Shown: one piece after another, positions 35,794-46,522 of the stretch
Layout: each line of letters opens with the position of its first letter
How positions within the stretch are numbered: the first letter of the stretch is position 1
Source of the DNA: a virus
Reading direction: 5' to 3' (one strand)
Virus record (IMG/VR): IMGVR_UViG_3300010372_000004
Location: 1-64,000 of that record
DNA length: 64,000 bases
Made by a program: the position numbers and the translations under genes
The notes under the pieces: generated by a model
Seen by the model: the letters and a program-made list of their open reading frames with translations, nothing else
Told to the model about the DNA's origin: nothing
Database searches by the model: none

Positions 35794-35846
35794 ACTAAAA
35801 ACAAAGCCCCAGAACTGGGGCTTCATCAAAAGCTAGATCAAAAACA

Positions 35847-36179
35847 TCAATCAGACTGATACACAATCGTTGACAAAATCCCTGCCTGTCTCAACATCTC
35901 AGATAGCTGCCGACAGAACTCAGTGTTACGTTCAGCCTGACCATTTTGTTCTAATAACCAAAACTGATTGTTAATACCTTTACCTGTTCGACGTTCCATT
36001 CGCAAACCTTGTTCAGTGAACTTAGTCACATCATTGGTCGTTAAAAAAGTAAGGGCGATCATATCATTGTTAACATAACCTTTATCTTCTATTACATCTG
36101 TAATCGCATGAGCACGAACCAGACAAGAATTAATAATTTTTGCAAACTCTGCATAATCAAAAGGGTTGTATTTGAACAT
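35847..36179 (-). CDS. Hypothetical protein
   Basis: 110 aa, AGGA RBS. Confidence 0.8.
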   Translation of the reverse strand: MFKYNPFDYAEFAKIINSCLVRAHAITDVIEDKGYVNNDMIALTFLTTNDVTKFTEQGLRMERRTGKGINNQFWLLEQNGQAERNTEFCRQLSEMLRQAGILSTIVYQSD

Positions 36180-36216
36180 GGTGTTTTCCTATTTATTTAC
36201 CTATTTAGCTTAATGA

Positions 36217-36411
36217 TTAAGGTTTAAAAATTTGCATGACAGTTAGAATGGAACCCATAAGAGTTGCACCCAGAGCCATACCCCATCCGAAAAACCACCA
36301 ATTATTAGAATCTGGTTTTTTCATTTTATTCATAGACTTCTCCACAATTTGCTTATACGTCTGAGTATAAGCTTGTTTATTTGGTTGAAAGTTTGGATTA
36401 TTAAAATGCAT
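36217..36411 (-). CDS. Small C-terminally anchored membrane protein
   Basis: WWFFGWGMALGATLMGSILTVM. Confidence 0.6.
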   Translation of the reverse strand: MHFNNPNFQPNKQAYTQTYKQIVEKSMNKMKKPDSNNWWFFGWGMALGATLMGSILTVMQIFKP

Positions 36412-36423
36412 AATTTTAAATTC

Positions 36424-39099
36424 TCACATCTTTAAAGCATTCTTTACACGAATACCGCTGTACCACTGGTTAATATCATTTTCTTTAGAAAAACGACGAA
36501 TACCACGTGACTTAATTACTTCATCCAACATCGAACGAAATTCTTGCATTTCCACATTTCTACGGCTACCAATACCAAGACGTAAAAATTGACGGAACTG
36601 TAAATGTAAATCCATTTCTGTGCATTCAAAAATCTCATGTTTAGCAGCTTCATTTTTTAAAACCGCCTTGGATTGAATCTCAATACTTGGGTCTTTCTCT
36701 AAAAAATACACCGCTGGATTTGTCTGGAACGCCAACGTAGCCATTAACCGCTTATGGGACTTGCATAAAGTGTAACCTTTATTTTTTACAAGTCTTGGAC
36801 CAGCTTCTAAAGCCCAAGCAAAAATGGCTTCACGTTCTTGGGAAATGATTTTTTTCGCAAGATCAACATCCACATTTTCAATAGGCACTTGCTGGTCAAA
36901 ATGGAAAAATAACCAACGACGAGTGAAACCTTCAGAGGTGTCCATTGTTTTCGGCAAATGGTTTGATGCAGCCCAGTGTGCACATGTTGGTCTCATCATG
37001 AATGATTCACGATAAAGTTGGTACACAGAAGTTGGCGACCCATCAATCATTGATTTGAACACATCACCTTCAATACGTTTACGTTCAGAAAGTTCTCCGA
37101 CAATATTAATATTTTTACGATGTAAGCTTACGAGTAAACGGTTTTCACTCATTTTGTCAAAACTGATAGAAGCCTTGGCATCATCTGGGAAAAGGGAGCC
37201 AATAATTTCAAGCAAAACAGATTTACCTGTACGAGCTAAACCGAACAGTAAAAAAGCACGTTGGTATTTTGTGGCACGACCCATGAAGCTTACATACAAA
37301 GCTTCTTGCAGCGCATTTCTCATATCCTGATAATCAGAATGATGACCCCAGCTTTCATATAAGAATTTATCAAACAAAGGCATTTTTCCTGCCACTTCAG
37401 GATTGTAACGATATGGTAAAACATACGTTGCACCATACGCTTTTTGGTGTGTTGTAAAACTGAGTGGTGATTTCATTGATTCTAAAAATCTTTCCACAGC
37501 ATTATTTTGTGCTGATTGAATATCTTCTGCAGACCACATACCCATCTGAGCATTTGGGTGTGCCAATATCTGATCTTTGATTCGTTGAATCTCAATATCA
37601 ATAGCTGGGTCATCACGTGACATTTTGGCTGATTGATTTTCAAGAATCATACCATTCGCCACATTGACATAAGCAGTATCCGATTTATTCAATTCAGATT
37701 CACATAAAATCAAAAGCTGTTTATAAACACCATCCACATCTGAATTTCGCTTCATAATATCCAAAGCGGTAAAGTTCATGGCGATATATTGTTTAACCTG
37801 TTCAGCTGGATAATGTACCCAATGTGAACCCATAAATTTATATACAGCACCAGAATCCACACAGATTGGATGCAGTGTTGAAAGTTGATCTTTCACCGCC
37901 ATAGCAACTTCTGTGTGAGTATTCAAATTCAGTTCTGTTGCACCTTTACCATCATCATCACCACCAATAGCTGTTGTGGTTTTTAAAGCTTCACGTGTTT
38001 GCTTAATTTTTGCCTTCAGATCAGCAGCACGAATTTGTAAGCCTGATTTACTGACAATTTTATTGATTACGAATGTTTCACGAACCTGATCATGTTTTTT
38101 AATCTGAGCCATTTTCAATAACATTTCGTCAACTAAATCAAGAGCTTTTTCTTCTTTAGTGTTGTCAGCTTCTTCATTGTAATAACTGAGAATTTGATCA
38201 TACGACCATTCAGCTTCAAGATCATCAAGACCAAAAGCTTTGACCTGTTCTTTGGATAAGTCTTCATCCCAACCATTTGGCAGAGCAACCTTACGCTTAT
38301 GCAAAGTTTGACGAATGAATTTCACCAAGTTACGGACATGCTTATCCATATCCATCGGGTCGCCTTCGACCTGTTCAGTGAATCCGTCATTAATTGCATA
38401 AAGCATCTCTACAGCTTGTTTCATAGAAATACGACCTTCCACAACTTCGTGTGCAAGGAGACCATTTTTCTGTGTGATTGAACTATCACGAAACCCAGCT
38501 GGTACATATTCAACAAGCGAACCCATACCCTTACGACTAAGGTTGATTCCTTCCAGTTCAATAAGGTTACGCAGCTTATCTTCAAGATCATCTGGAATCA
38601 TCACCAACTGATCAAGAACATCATAAAGATTTGAATTTGACGTATAAGGTTTTTTAGTTTCTGGATGAATTGAAGGAGGTAATACCACCTGTTGACCAGT
38701 ACATAAATATTCCACCAAAGTACCGTACTCAGGTGAAATTAATTTAAATGCTTTAGGAACTTTTGGGTTGAATTTAAATGCCAACACCATCCCTTTTTTA
38801 CCCACACGTTTCCATGTGTCGTAACCTTTAGGAAGTATTGAAAGTATTTTTTCAATTAAACGCTCGTCGGCATAGTCAATATCAAGAACACCGATTTGAG
38901 ATTGTTTACCTAAAACCAAACCAATATTGTGGTTCGCTGGAAGTTGCAACCACTGTTGTTGAATTTCAGTCGGAACAGCATGGTCGGCAAAGTCTGACCA
39001 AGCATTCATTAAAGGGATTTTTGACTGCTCTTTCAAAGGAATAACAGACATACCTTTTGCATAATAGTGAGGTGCATGTTCACGAAAAATATTAGTCAT
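36424..39099 (-). CDS. Bifunctional primase-polymerase plus D5-like SF3 helicase
   Basis: NIGL, LDID, QVVLPPSIHP; Walker A GLARTGKS; ASNHLP, RRW. Confidence 0.92.
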   Translation of the reverse strand: MTNIFREHAPHYYAKGMSVIPLKEQSKIPLMNAWSDFADHAVPTEIQQQWLQLPANHNIGLVLGKQSQIGVLDIDYADERLIEKILSILPKGYDTWKRVGKKGMVLAFKFNPKVPKAFKLISPEYGTLVEYLCTGQQVVLPPSIHPETKKPYTSNSNLYDVLDQLVMIPDDLEDKLRNLIELEGINLSRKGMGSLVEYVPAGFRDSSITQKNGLLAHEVVEGRISMKQAVEMLYAINDGFTEQVEGDPMDMDKHVRNLVKFIRQTLHKRKVALPNGWDEDLSKEQVKAFGLDDLEAEWSYDQILSYYNEEADNTKEEKALDLVDEMLLKMAQIKKHDQVRETFVINKIVSKSGLQIRAADLKAKIKQTREALKTTTAIGGDDDGKGATELNLNTHTEVAMAVKDQLSTLHPICVDSGAVYKFMGSHWVHYPAEQVKQYIAMNFTALDIMKRNSDVDGVYKQLLILCESELNKSDTAYVNVANGMILENQSAKMSRDDPAIDIEIQRIKDQILAHPNAQMGMWSAEDIQSAQNNAVERFLESMKSPLSFTTHQKAYGATYVLPYRYNPEVAGKMPLFDKFLYESWGHHSDYQDMRNALQEALYVSFMGRATKYQRAFLLFGLARTGKSVLLEIIGSLFPDDAKASISFDKMSENRLLVSLHRKNINIVGELSERKRIEGDVFKSMIDGSPTSVYQLYRESFMMRPTCAHWAASNHLPKTMDTSEGFTRRWLFFHFDQQVPIENVDVDLAKKIISQEREAIFAWALEAGPRLVKNKGYTLCKSHKRLMATLAFQTNPAVYFLEKDPSIEIQSKAVLKNEAAKHEIFECTEMDLHLQFRQFLRLGIGSRRNVEMQEFRSMLDEVIKSRGIRRFSKENDINQWYSGIRVKNALKM

Positions 39100-39104
39100 C
39101 AGGG

Positions 39105-39686
39105 TTAGTCCAAATCATTTAATAGGTTAAGGTATCGGTCTGCAATTCTTTCAAGATCAGGATATTTCTTAATTTCTTGGAAAAAGCGACGAGTGACTGA
39201 TTCAATTTTTTGAGCTTTGGCAATATTTGTAAGCTGCAGAAGTATTTCCATTTCCTGTTGTTGGAAGTCTAAGAATTTAGACATTGCTGACATTTTTACG
39301 GAATCTGTACTACCATTCGTTGCCATACGCTCCATACTACGAACGATTTTTTCTAAGCGTACTAGGATTCCATAATTATCACGATACTCTGAACTACGTT
39401 TTTCAATATCAGCATTTAAATCAGCAAATTGTTTTTCAATTTCTGCATTTTCTTTACTGTTATCAACAGAGGTATTGTCAGGACTTGCTGCAGCTTCAAA
39501 TTTTCCTGAAATAACACCATTGCGGAATTTATCAGTTACCTCATTAATTTTTGAAATCATTAAAGAGCTATAGGGTGCTTCCTTTAAATAATTGTTATCA
39601 CTTAAACAACCTAAAATTAAGGTGGCTGCAGCATCTAAAGCTTCTTGTGTGATTTTTGGATGTTTATCTGACATAATCTTTCCCAT
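39105..39686 (-). CDS. Helical protein, possible terminase small subunit
   Basis: Divergent from TerL; helical pattern only, no diagnostic motif. Confidence 0.35.
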   Translation of the reverse strand: MGKIMSDKHPKITQEALDAAATLILGCLSDNNYLKEAPYSSLMISKINEVTDKFRNGVISGKFEAAASPDNTSVDNSKENAEIEKQFADLNADIEKRSSEYRDNYGILVRLEKIVRSMERMATNGSTDSVKMSAMSKFLDFQQQEMEILLQLTNIAKAQKIESVTRRFFQEIKKYPDLERIADRYLNLLNDLD

Positions 39687-40007
39687 AATGTTTTGACCTC
39701 AACAGCGAGTAGTAACTAATATTCGCTGTAGAGGTCTGAATAGGGTTTATTATAGGTAAAAGATTTAGTCGAACAACAGGGTAAAATGAATTAGAAACGG
39801 TTATAACGATTAACAGTAAAAATCATAAGAAAAAATAGAAAAATAAATTAAATAAAAACAAAGGCTTACTAATAGTTATTTAAAAAACCGATTAAAAAAT
39901 TGTGTAACTCTCTACGAAATGAATTTTCAACTTATTTTAAAAACCCAAATTTGTCATAAAACATGTGTTTTATGTATAATCAATCCAGTCTCAATTGGAA
40001 CATCAAC

Positions 40008-41756
40008 ATGGAAAAAGGTAGCTTCAAAGAACGAATGGCATCCTATGTAAAGGAGTTGGTAAACCCAATGTCCTATTACGATTGGGTGAACCAAAACACA
40101 ACTATTCAGGGTATGCCTTTTACGTGTGATCGTTATCCATTTCAGAAACAAATTTTGAATGATATGTCACAGGAATTACACTGCATCAAACCATCACAAA
40201 TTGGTTTGACAGAGATTCAATTGCGTAAAGCTTTAGCCTATGTCGCACGAAATCCCCATCGAAATTTGATTTATACAATGCCCGATGAAAACATGCGTAA
40301 ACGTGTTTATCAAAACCGTATGCTTCCAATTTTGACTCAGGACACGGTCTTTCACAGTCTAAATTCTGCAGGGAAAAAACCAATTCGTTCAATTGAGATT
40401 ACTGAAATCAATAATTCTCAAATGTTGATGTTTCCAGCAAATGAGAAATCAGCAACATCTCAGCCAGCAGATGTTGTTTTTAACGATGAGGTGGATTTAT
40501 CCGACCCTCAAATTATTGCCTTGTTCAACTCACGTTTACAGGGTTCCGATGTAAAAATTAATCATAACTATTCGACACCAACATACGCTGGTATCGGTAT
40601 TGATGCTTTATATCAAACATCGGACCAACATGAGTATATGTTCCAGTGTCCACACTGTAACTTTTATCAGTTGCCAGAATTTACGACTAAGTTTATTCGT
40701 ATTCCAAATTTACCAATGGAAGCCAACGATGATTTAAGTAAATTTGAACCTCAGTGGATTGATAAATATAAAATTAACCCTTTGGATGCTTATTCAGTTT
40801 GTTATAAGTGTGGAAAGAAAGTAACTTATGGTGACGATGAGAATCATCAATGGGTTTCTAAATACCCACATCGTACTACAAGCCGTGGTTATAAAATCAG
40901 CCCTTTCTCTACTCGAAACTTAGATGCAGCATACGTCTTAACCACGCTTTTGAAATATATCCGTGGTGACAATATGAAAGGTTTCTATAACACAGTATTG
41001 GGTTTAACTCATGAAAACTCAGATGAGCGTTTACCTGAAGGTTTGTTGAGAAATTTATTCACACCAAATTTTGACCCTATTTACGATGGTTATGGAACTG
41101 TACCCCACTTCATCGGCATCGACATGGGTAAAGTTTGTCACGTGTCGATTGGTATGGCTGATTCTTTGACAAAAATTAAAACTGTGCTTTTAGAAACAGT
41201 GAAAGCAGAAGAATTGCCAGCGAGAATTACTTCTTACATGAAACAATTCCCTATCAAGGGAGGTTTTATTGACAGATTACCGCTAATTACTGACTCAGAT
41301 AAAGTACGTGTAATGACAGATAATGTGATTATGCCTATTCAATATGAGCAAAACAGCGGTGGTGCAATGCTTGTTCCAAAAAATGACGAGTATGGTACTT
41401 TGAGTTATGTCGGAGCACACCGAACCATGCACTTGGATACCTTAGTTTCAGCAATAAAAAATGGTTGGATTGAATTTTCAGGGTATGGTAGTCAAAAAGA
41501 AACAATCATTAGTCATTTACGAGCAATGGTTCGTATGTTAGCTGAATCTAAAGAAGGTACAGAGAAGGTTCCTGTCTGGATTAAGAAAGATAAAAATGAC
41601 CACTATTTCCATTCATTAGGTTATTTGAATCAAGCGGTACATCAATACTATAATGGCTATAGCTTTTTACCCGATCAAAGTTATAATTCAACCATATATT
41701 TGGGTGGTATGGATAATTTTATAACACCATCACAATCACTATTCGGACGAAATTGA
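40008..41756 (+). CDS. Terminase large subunit (lambda GpA-like)
   Basis: KPSQIGLTE, VVFNDEVD, STPT, CPHC/CYKC, IGIDMG, DHYFH. Start moved to MEKG. Confidence 0.93.
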   Translation: MEKGSFKERMASYVKELVNPMSYYDWVNQNTTIQGMPFTCDRYPFQKQILNDMSQELHCIKPSQIGLTEIQLRKALAYVARNPHRNLIYTMPDENMRKRVYQNRMLPILTQDTVFHSLNSAGKKPIRSIEITEINNSQMLMFPANEKSATSQPADVVFNDEVDLSDPQIIALFNSRLQGSDVKINHNYSTPTYAGIGIDALYQTSDQHEYMFQCPHCNFYQLPEFTTKFIRIPNLPMEANDDLSKFEPQWIDKYKINPLDAYSVCYKCGKKVTYGDDENHQWVSKYPHRTTSRGYKISPFSTRNLDAAYVLTTLLKYIRGDNMKGFYNTVLGLTHENSDERLPEGLLRNLFTPNFDPIYDGYGTVPHFIGIDMGKVCHVSIGMADSLTKIKTVLLETVKAEELPARITSYMKQFPIKGGFIDRLPLITDSDKVRVMTDNVIMPIQYEQNSGGAMLVPKNDEYGTLSYVGAHRTMHLDTLVSAIKNGWIEFSGYGSQKETIISHLRAMVRMLAESKEGTEKVPVWIKKDKNDHYFHSLGYLNQAVHQYYNGYSFLPDQSYNSTIYLGGMDNFITPSQSLFGRN

Positions 41757-41757
41757 T

Positions 41758-43242
41758 ATGGCTGGATTAGATATTTGGGGTAAAGTGAGTCAAATCATTT
41801 TGCCAAGTAATGCAAAAACAGGAGGTAATGCCTTATCTCCTACATACAATCCACAGCAATCAGATCAGGCAATTGGTGCACCAGAAACAAATATGCACCT
41901 CAGAAATTTACTTGATGAACGAGTAAATACAGAAGATGATGATCTGATTACAACACTAATGCAATATGACCCAGATGTGGGTGCTGCTGTTGGGGCTTAC
42001 TTGACTTTAAGTAACACACCCATGCGTTATATTGCTAAAACACCAGAAGGTGAAATTGATTCAGAGTCTATTACAAAAATTAGTCAATTATTGATTCAAT
42101 TATCATATCCAGTTGATTATGAAGCTGGGTTCACACAGGACCGTACTCTTAAAACAAGAAACCAAGCTTTACGCTATATGCTGCTAAAGCGGGGTTCTAT
42201 TTCTGTAGAAATGGTTTTAGACGATGCTTTTGGTGTTTTGGATGTTCGAAATATTGATACCAAGTCATTAAAATGGTATGAAAAAGAGAATGGTTTTCTT
42301 AAACCAGTCCAAGGCTCCAATAATGAAGAAATTGATTTAGATATACCTACATTTTATTATGCTTCACATCGTCAAGACCCAAATTCACCATATTCAAAAA
42401 GTGTATTTATTTCAGTAATTAATACAGTTTATGCTCGACTACAGGTGATTAATGATTTGTATAACATTTTACAAATCACAGGCTTTCCACGTATGGATAT
42501 TAAGGTTTTGGAAGAATCCATTACTCGACACATGCCTGAAGATCAAAAGCGAGATGCAAAAAAGCGTGGTGAATATGTTTCGAGTCAAATTGCATCAATC
42601 ACACGTAGCTTTTCATCCATCCGAGCTGATCAACCAGTGGTACACACTGATTCTGTTGAAGTTGACACCCTAAACATGCCTAACGGCTCAGTGGGTATTG
42701 ATATTCGACCAGTGATTGAGGTTTTAAATGCTCAAAACCAAGCAGCATTAAAATCTGTAGCAACGGTACTGGGTCGTGGAGAATCTGGTGTAAATACAGC
42801 ATCGGTTGAAGCTCAAATTTTTAGTATGCAAGCTGCAGAAATTAATGAACCTTTAGCTTCAATTTGGTCAAATTTATTGACTTTTGCTTTACGTTTATCT
42901 GGGTCAACTTCTTATGTCGAAGTTTATTTTGATGCACCAGAAATGCGACCACCAAATGAACTAGAACCAGCTATGGTCCAAAAACAGGCTCGTTTGCGAA
43001 AAGATTTATCAGATGGTTTAATCACAGATGACGAATACCACTGGCAAATGTATAATCGACCTAAACCAACGTCTGCACCAGAATTGTCAGGGACAGGATT
43101 TGATAATGCGAAGACCGAATCGACTACAAGTTCTACAGCGAGTGCTACGACTAACACACCGCAGAAGGACCAGCCAAATTCAAGACAAAGAGCACAGACA
43201 AAATCAAGTGACAAGTCTGCCAATAGTAATGCAGTAAAATAG
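41758..43242 (+). CDS. Portal protein
   Basis: 494 aa directly after TerL; DPDVGAAV. Confidence 0.85.
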   Translation: MAGLDIWGKVSQIILPSNAKTGGNALSPTYNPQQSDQAIGAPETNMHLRNLLDERVNTEDDDLITTLMQYDPDVGAAVGAYLTLSNTPMRYIAKTPEGEIDSESITKISQLLIQLSYPVDYEAGFTQDRTLKTRNQALRYMLLKRGSISVEMVLDDAFGVLDVRNIDTKSLKWYEKENGFLKPVQGSNNEEIDLDIPTFYYASHRQDPNSPYSKSVFISVINTVYARLQVINDLYNILQITGFPRMDIKVLEESITRHMPEDQKRDAKKRGEYVSSQIASITRSFSSIRADQPVVHTDSVEVDTLNMPNGSVGIDIRPVIEVLNAQNQAALKSVATVLGRGESGVNTASVEAQIFSMQAAEINEPLASIWSNLLTFALRLSGSTSYVEVYFDAPEMRPPNELEPAMVQKQARLRKDLSDGLITDDEYHWQMYNRPKPTSAPELSGTGFDNAKTESTTSSTASATTNTPQKDQPNSRQRAQTKSSDKSANSNAVK

Positions 43243-43251
43243 GAATAAATT

Positions 43252-44394
43252 ATGTTTCGTATTGACCCAGAAAAACATCCACGTGTCAAAAAGAAACTAC
43301 AAGCTTTGTTGGGGTCGAAGTTCGACCTCAGCACTCTTGCTGTTTTTGAAGGTTTAGCCAATGACACATTACCAATCTCAGGTGCTGGGGGCATTTATAA
43401 AAATGCTCGAATGACCAACGCTTATTTAGAAGATATGTCTTCTAAAGTAGCCAATGGTGATTATGTACCAATGATCAAATTACATGACCAGCATGGTAGT
43501 TTACCAGTAGGTCGAATTTTTGATGCTGCCACTTTCTCATCAACCGCTGGTGAAAATGAAACAGATTTACATATTTTGTTTTACCTTGATCAAAAAAGCG
43601 AAGCTGATTTAGTCGCAAAATTGGAAAATGGTTCTATTGCTGAAATTTCCACTGGTTCAACTCCTTCAAGTCTTCAATGTTCAGCTTGTGGTTATGACTT
43701 TTTAGCAAGTGTGGATAATCGTCGTCGTTTATGGGCTGGAAAAGACTACACACCTTTATGTTCAGAAGGGCATCAATGGGGTGTTGGAGGTAATCACTTA
43801 AAGTTATCTGGACTAAGTTCTTGGAAAGAAACAAGTGCTGTTACACGTGGTGCTGTAACACGTGCACATATCTTAAATGAAAAAGAATTACGTTTAGCAC
43901 CTCAAAGTGAAGAAATTAATTTGGCAGCTCACGCAGATGATGATAAACTTCTGCTAGTTACATTACAGGATGGTGTGGATACACCTGAATTTAATGGTTC
44001 TACACATTCTGATCAGAATAATGGGAATAAAAATATGACTGATATTTCAGTACCACGTGAAGACTATAACAAATTAGTCTTGGCGCAAGGTAAAGCAGAT
44101 GATTTAACTGCACAATTAAATGCTGCAACAACTGCTAAAACAGACGCTGAAACAGCAAAATTGGCTGCAGAAGCTGCTCAAAAAACTGCAGAAGAAGCAA
44201 AAGCTGCTGTTGATGCAGAGCTTGCAACTGAAAAAGCAAAAGTTACTCAACTTGAAGCGCAAATTGCTGTTCTTAAAAACGGCGGTGGCGACAACGGTAA
44301 AGGCTTAGAAGGTTCAGGTGGCGAAGGTGGCGAAGGCTCTAACGCACAGTTCCAAATGGGCTTGGATACAAGCTACTATAAAGTTAGCAAATAA
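43252..44394 (+). CDS. Prohead protease with C-terminal scaffold
   Basis: H....LPVGRIF, EISTG, C..CG, ETSAV..GA; Ala/Lys coiled coil. Confidence 0.85.
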   Translation: MFRIDPEKHPRVKKKLQALLGSKFDLSTLAVFEGLANDTLPISGAGGIYKNARMTNAYLEDMSSKVANGDYVPMIKLHDQHGSLPVGRIFDAATFSSTAGENETDLHILFYLDQKSEADLVAKLENGSIAEISTGSTPSSLQCSACGYDFLASVDNRRRLWAGKDYTPLCSEGHQWGVGGNHLKLSGLSSWKETSAVTRGAVTRAHILNEKELRLAPQSEEINLAAHADDDKLLLVTLQDGVDTPEFNGSTHSDQNNGNKNMTDISVPREDYNKLVLAQGKADDLTAQLNAATTAKTDAETAKLAAEAAQKTAEEAKAAVDAELATEKAKVTQLEAQIAVLKNGGGDNGKGLEGSGGEGGEGSNAQFQMGLDTSYYKVSK

Positions 44395-44408
44395 GCGAGG
44401 TTTACGGA

Positions 44409-44807
44409 ATGGCTAAATTTAACGTAACAACTACTGGCTTACCGATTCGTGAATCTCGTTTCACTTTCGTTGGTCAAGGTATTACTGAACAAGATGTGGG
44501 TAAAGCAGTAACTTTAGTTTTAGCTGGTGATGCCAATCTTGTGAAACTTGTTGAAGGTACTGAACCAGTTTTGGGTCGAATCGAAACAGTTGAAATTGAA
44601 ATGAATGGCGACATTTCAGTGAACGTCCTTTTATTAGGTGGTTTCCGCTTGAATTGTGCCCCAAATGAAGTGTTCAAAGTAGGTGACACAATCATCGCTG
44701 GTGCAACCGCTGGTTTAGTAAAAGCTGGTCCAGCTTCTACCGATCTTCGTTTCTTCGTGTCCGAGCCTGATTCTTCTGAAGGTTTCGTTGGCGTAATCAA
44801 ACTTTAA
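44409..44807 (+). CDS. Head decoration protein
   Basis: DVGKAV.L...G pattern; between scaffold and MCP. Confidence 0.7.
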   Translation: MAKFNVTTTGLPIRESRFTFVGQGITEQDVGKAVTLVLAGDANLVKLVEGTEPVLGRIETVEIEMNGDISVNVLLLGGFRLNCAPNEVFKVGDTIIAGATAGLVKAGPASTDLRFFVSEPDSSEGFVGVIKL

Positions 44808-44822
44808 TAGGGGTAGTAGTAA

Positions 44823-46022
44823 ATGACAGCTGCTAATTTAAAATTCTTCGAAGGTGGTAAAAAACTTAAAGCCACTGAAGTAATTGCAAAGTTGCAACAC
44901 AGCGAACGCTCAGTTGCTCAAGAAAACGCTTTAGCATTATTGCATGATGCAACTAAAGTAGGTTTTGGTCTTGAAGCAACATTGCACCAAATGGTTGAAC
45001 CAGTACATGGTTTAAATGGTAATGAAGCAATTTTCCATGCTTTGGGTGTACCTTTAAATCTTAAAGATGATGCAGCTATTGCAGCTTTTGCAGCATCTTC
45101 AACTTCATTCTTCACGAATGATGGTTTAAAAATCCTTTTACCATCGTTGGTAAACAACCTGATTCGTGCACAAAAAAATGCGCCAGTTATTGAACGTGTT
45201 GAAGATTTAATCCTTCAAACTCGTATGGTAAAAGGCAACATTTTACAGAAAGAAATTGAATACGATAAAGCGTCTCAAGATTCATACGGAACTTTCCGTG
45301 TTGCTGAAGGTGCAAACATCCCTGTTCGTACACTAAAAACATCACAAACTGGTGTTAAGTTCTACAAAACAGGTCATGGTATTGAAATTTCTTACGAAGT
45401 TGCATCCGACATGACTCCTGACATTCTTATTCCATTTGCAAACCGTATCGCATTTGAACGTAGTCAGACTGAACACAGCCTTGCATTAACAACATTAGTT
45501 GATGGGGAATCTACAACCCCTAACTCACCTAATGGTCCAGCAGTTGTTGATAACTTAAACACTATCGACGGCAAAACTGGAACAATTCGTGCACGTGCTG
45601 AAGGTTTCATGATGTGGCTTATTGCTTGTGCACGTGCTGGTCGCCCTATTGATACCATCGTTGTAGGTTGGGACACAATCCTTGACTTACAATATATGTT
45701 CCCAGTAGTTGACCCATCTGGTAATCCAGCAGTAGGTCTTGGTGGTATCGCAAACGGTGCTGACCAAATGGCGCAAATGACAGTACGTTTGGTGAACGGT
45801 ATCAACCTTAACCTTAACGTGGTTATTTCATCAGGTATGCAAGAGAAACAAATCCTTGGCTTCCGTAAAAACGAAACCCTTGAGCGTTTGATCAAAGCAA
45901 ATTCTCAAATCGACGAAATGGAACGTGTTATCAAGAGTCAAACGATTCTTTATACTCAATCAATCATTTCTGGTTTCACCTTGGCTTATGGTGATTCTCG
46001 TCGCTTATTGACTTGGTCTTAA
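44823..46022 (+). CDS. Major capsid protein (HK97 fold)
   Basis: VAEGANIP, K.G..IEISYE; followed by terminator. Confidence 0.9.
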   Translation: MTAANLKFFEGGKKLKATEVIAKLQHSERSVAQENALALLHDATKVGFGLEATLHQMVEPVHGLNGNEAIFHALGVPLNLKDDAAIAAFAASSTSFFTNDGLKILLPSLVNNLIRAQKNAPVIERVEDLILQTRMVKGNILQKEIEYDKASQDSYGTFRVAEGANIPVRTLKTSQTGVKFYKTGHGIEISYEVASDMTPDILIPFANRIAFERSQTEHSLALTTLVDGESTTPNSPNGPAVVDNLNTIDGKTGTIRARAEGFMMWLIACARAGRPIDTIVVGWDTILDLQYMFPVVDPSGNPAVGLGGIANGADQMAQMTVRLVNGINLNLNVVISSGMQEKQILGFRKNETLERLIKANSQIDEMERVIKSQTILYTQSIISGFTLAYGDSRRLLTWS

Positions 46023-46039
46023 TCGACTAATTTATAAGT

Positions 46040-46073
46040 AAATAAAAAACCCCTTTAAAGGGGTTTTTTATTT
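46040..46073. terminator. Terminator, followed by TGcTATAAT promoter
   Basis: AAATAAAAAACCCC/GGGGTTTTTTATTT. Confidence 0.85.
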
Positions 46074-46123
46074 GCTATAATCTTTTCATCTAATATAGAT
46101 TGACCCCTACTGAGATTTTAAAA

Positions 46124-46519
46124 ATGGCTAAAATTTTTATCACCCCTGTACTTGGAACTGCACGAACTATACGTGGTCGTGTTTGCGTTGGCGGTACACA
46201 ATATGTTGTAGCAAACGAACTGAGTGTTGAAGTTCGCAACCTTTTGGCTCTTAATCTAATTACTAAATTAGATGGTGTTACTTTAAATGATGACGTACCT
46301 GATTCTGAATATTATGAATTGCTACGTGAACTTGAACGTGACAAACCACGTGATGTTGAAAAAGAAACAACCGAAGATTATTTTGCAAATTTGGTTCGTT
46401 TCGCTGCAGAATCTTTAAACTCTAAAAAAGTTGAAGATGAAGAAAAACCAGTGGTTGAGAAAAAACAACCTAAGCCAAAAACTGAAAAAGAAACAACTGA
46501 AACTGCTGCAAAGGAATAA
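46124..46519 (+). CDS. Hypothetical morphogenesis protein
   Basis: Start moved to MAKIF. Confidence 0.7.
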   Translation: MAKIFITPVLGTARTIRGRVCVGGTQYVVANELSVEVRNLLALNLITKLDGVTLNDDVPDSEYYELLRELERDKPRDVEKETTEDYFANLVRFAAESLNSKKVEDEEKPVVEKKQPKPKTEKETTETAAKE

Positions 46520-46522
46520 ACC

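Noticed and set aside
37470-37650. Intein in the primase-helicase insertion
   Set aside because: Only about 55 aa, with no C/S start or HN end.
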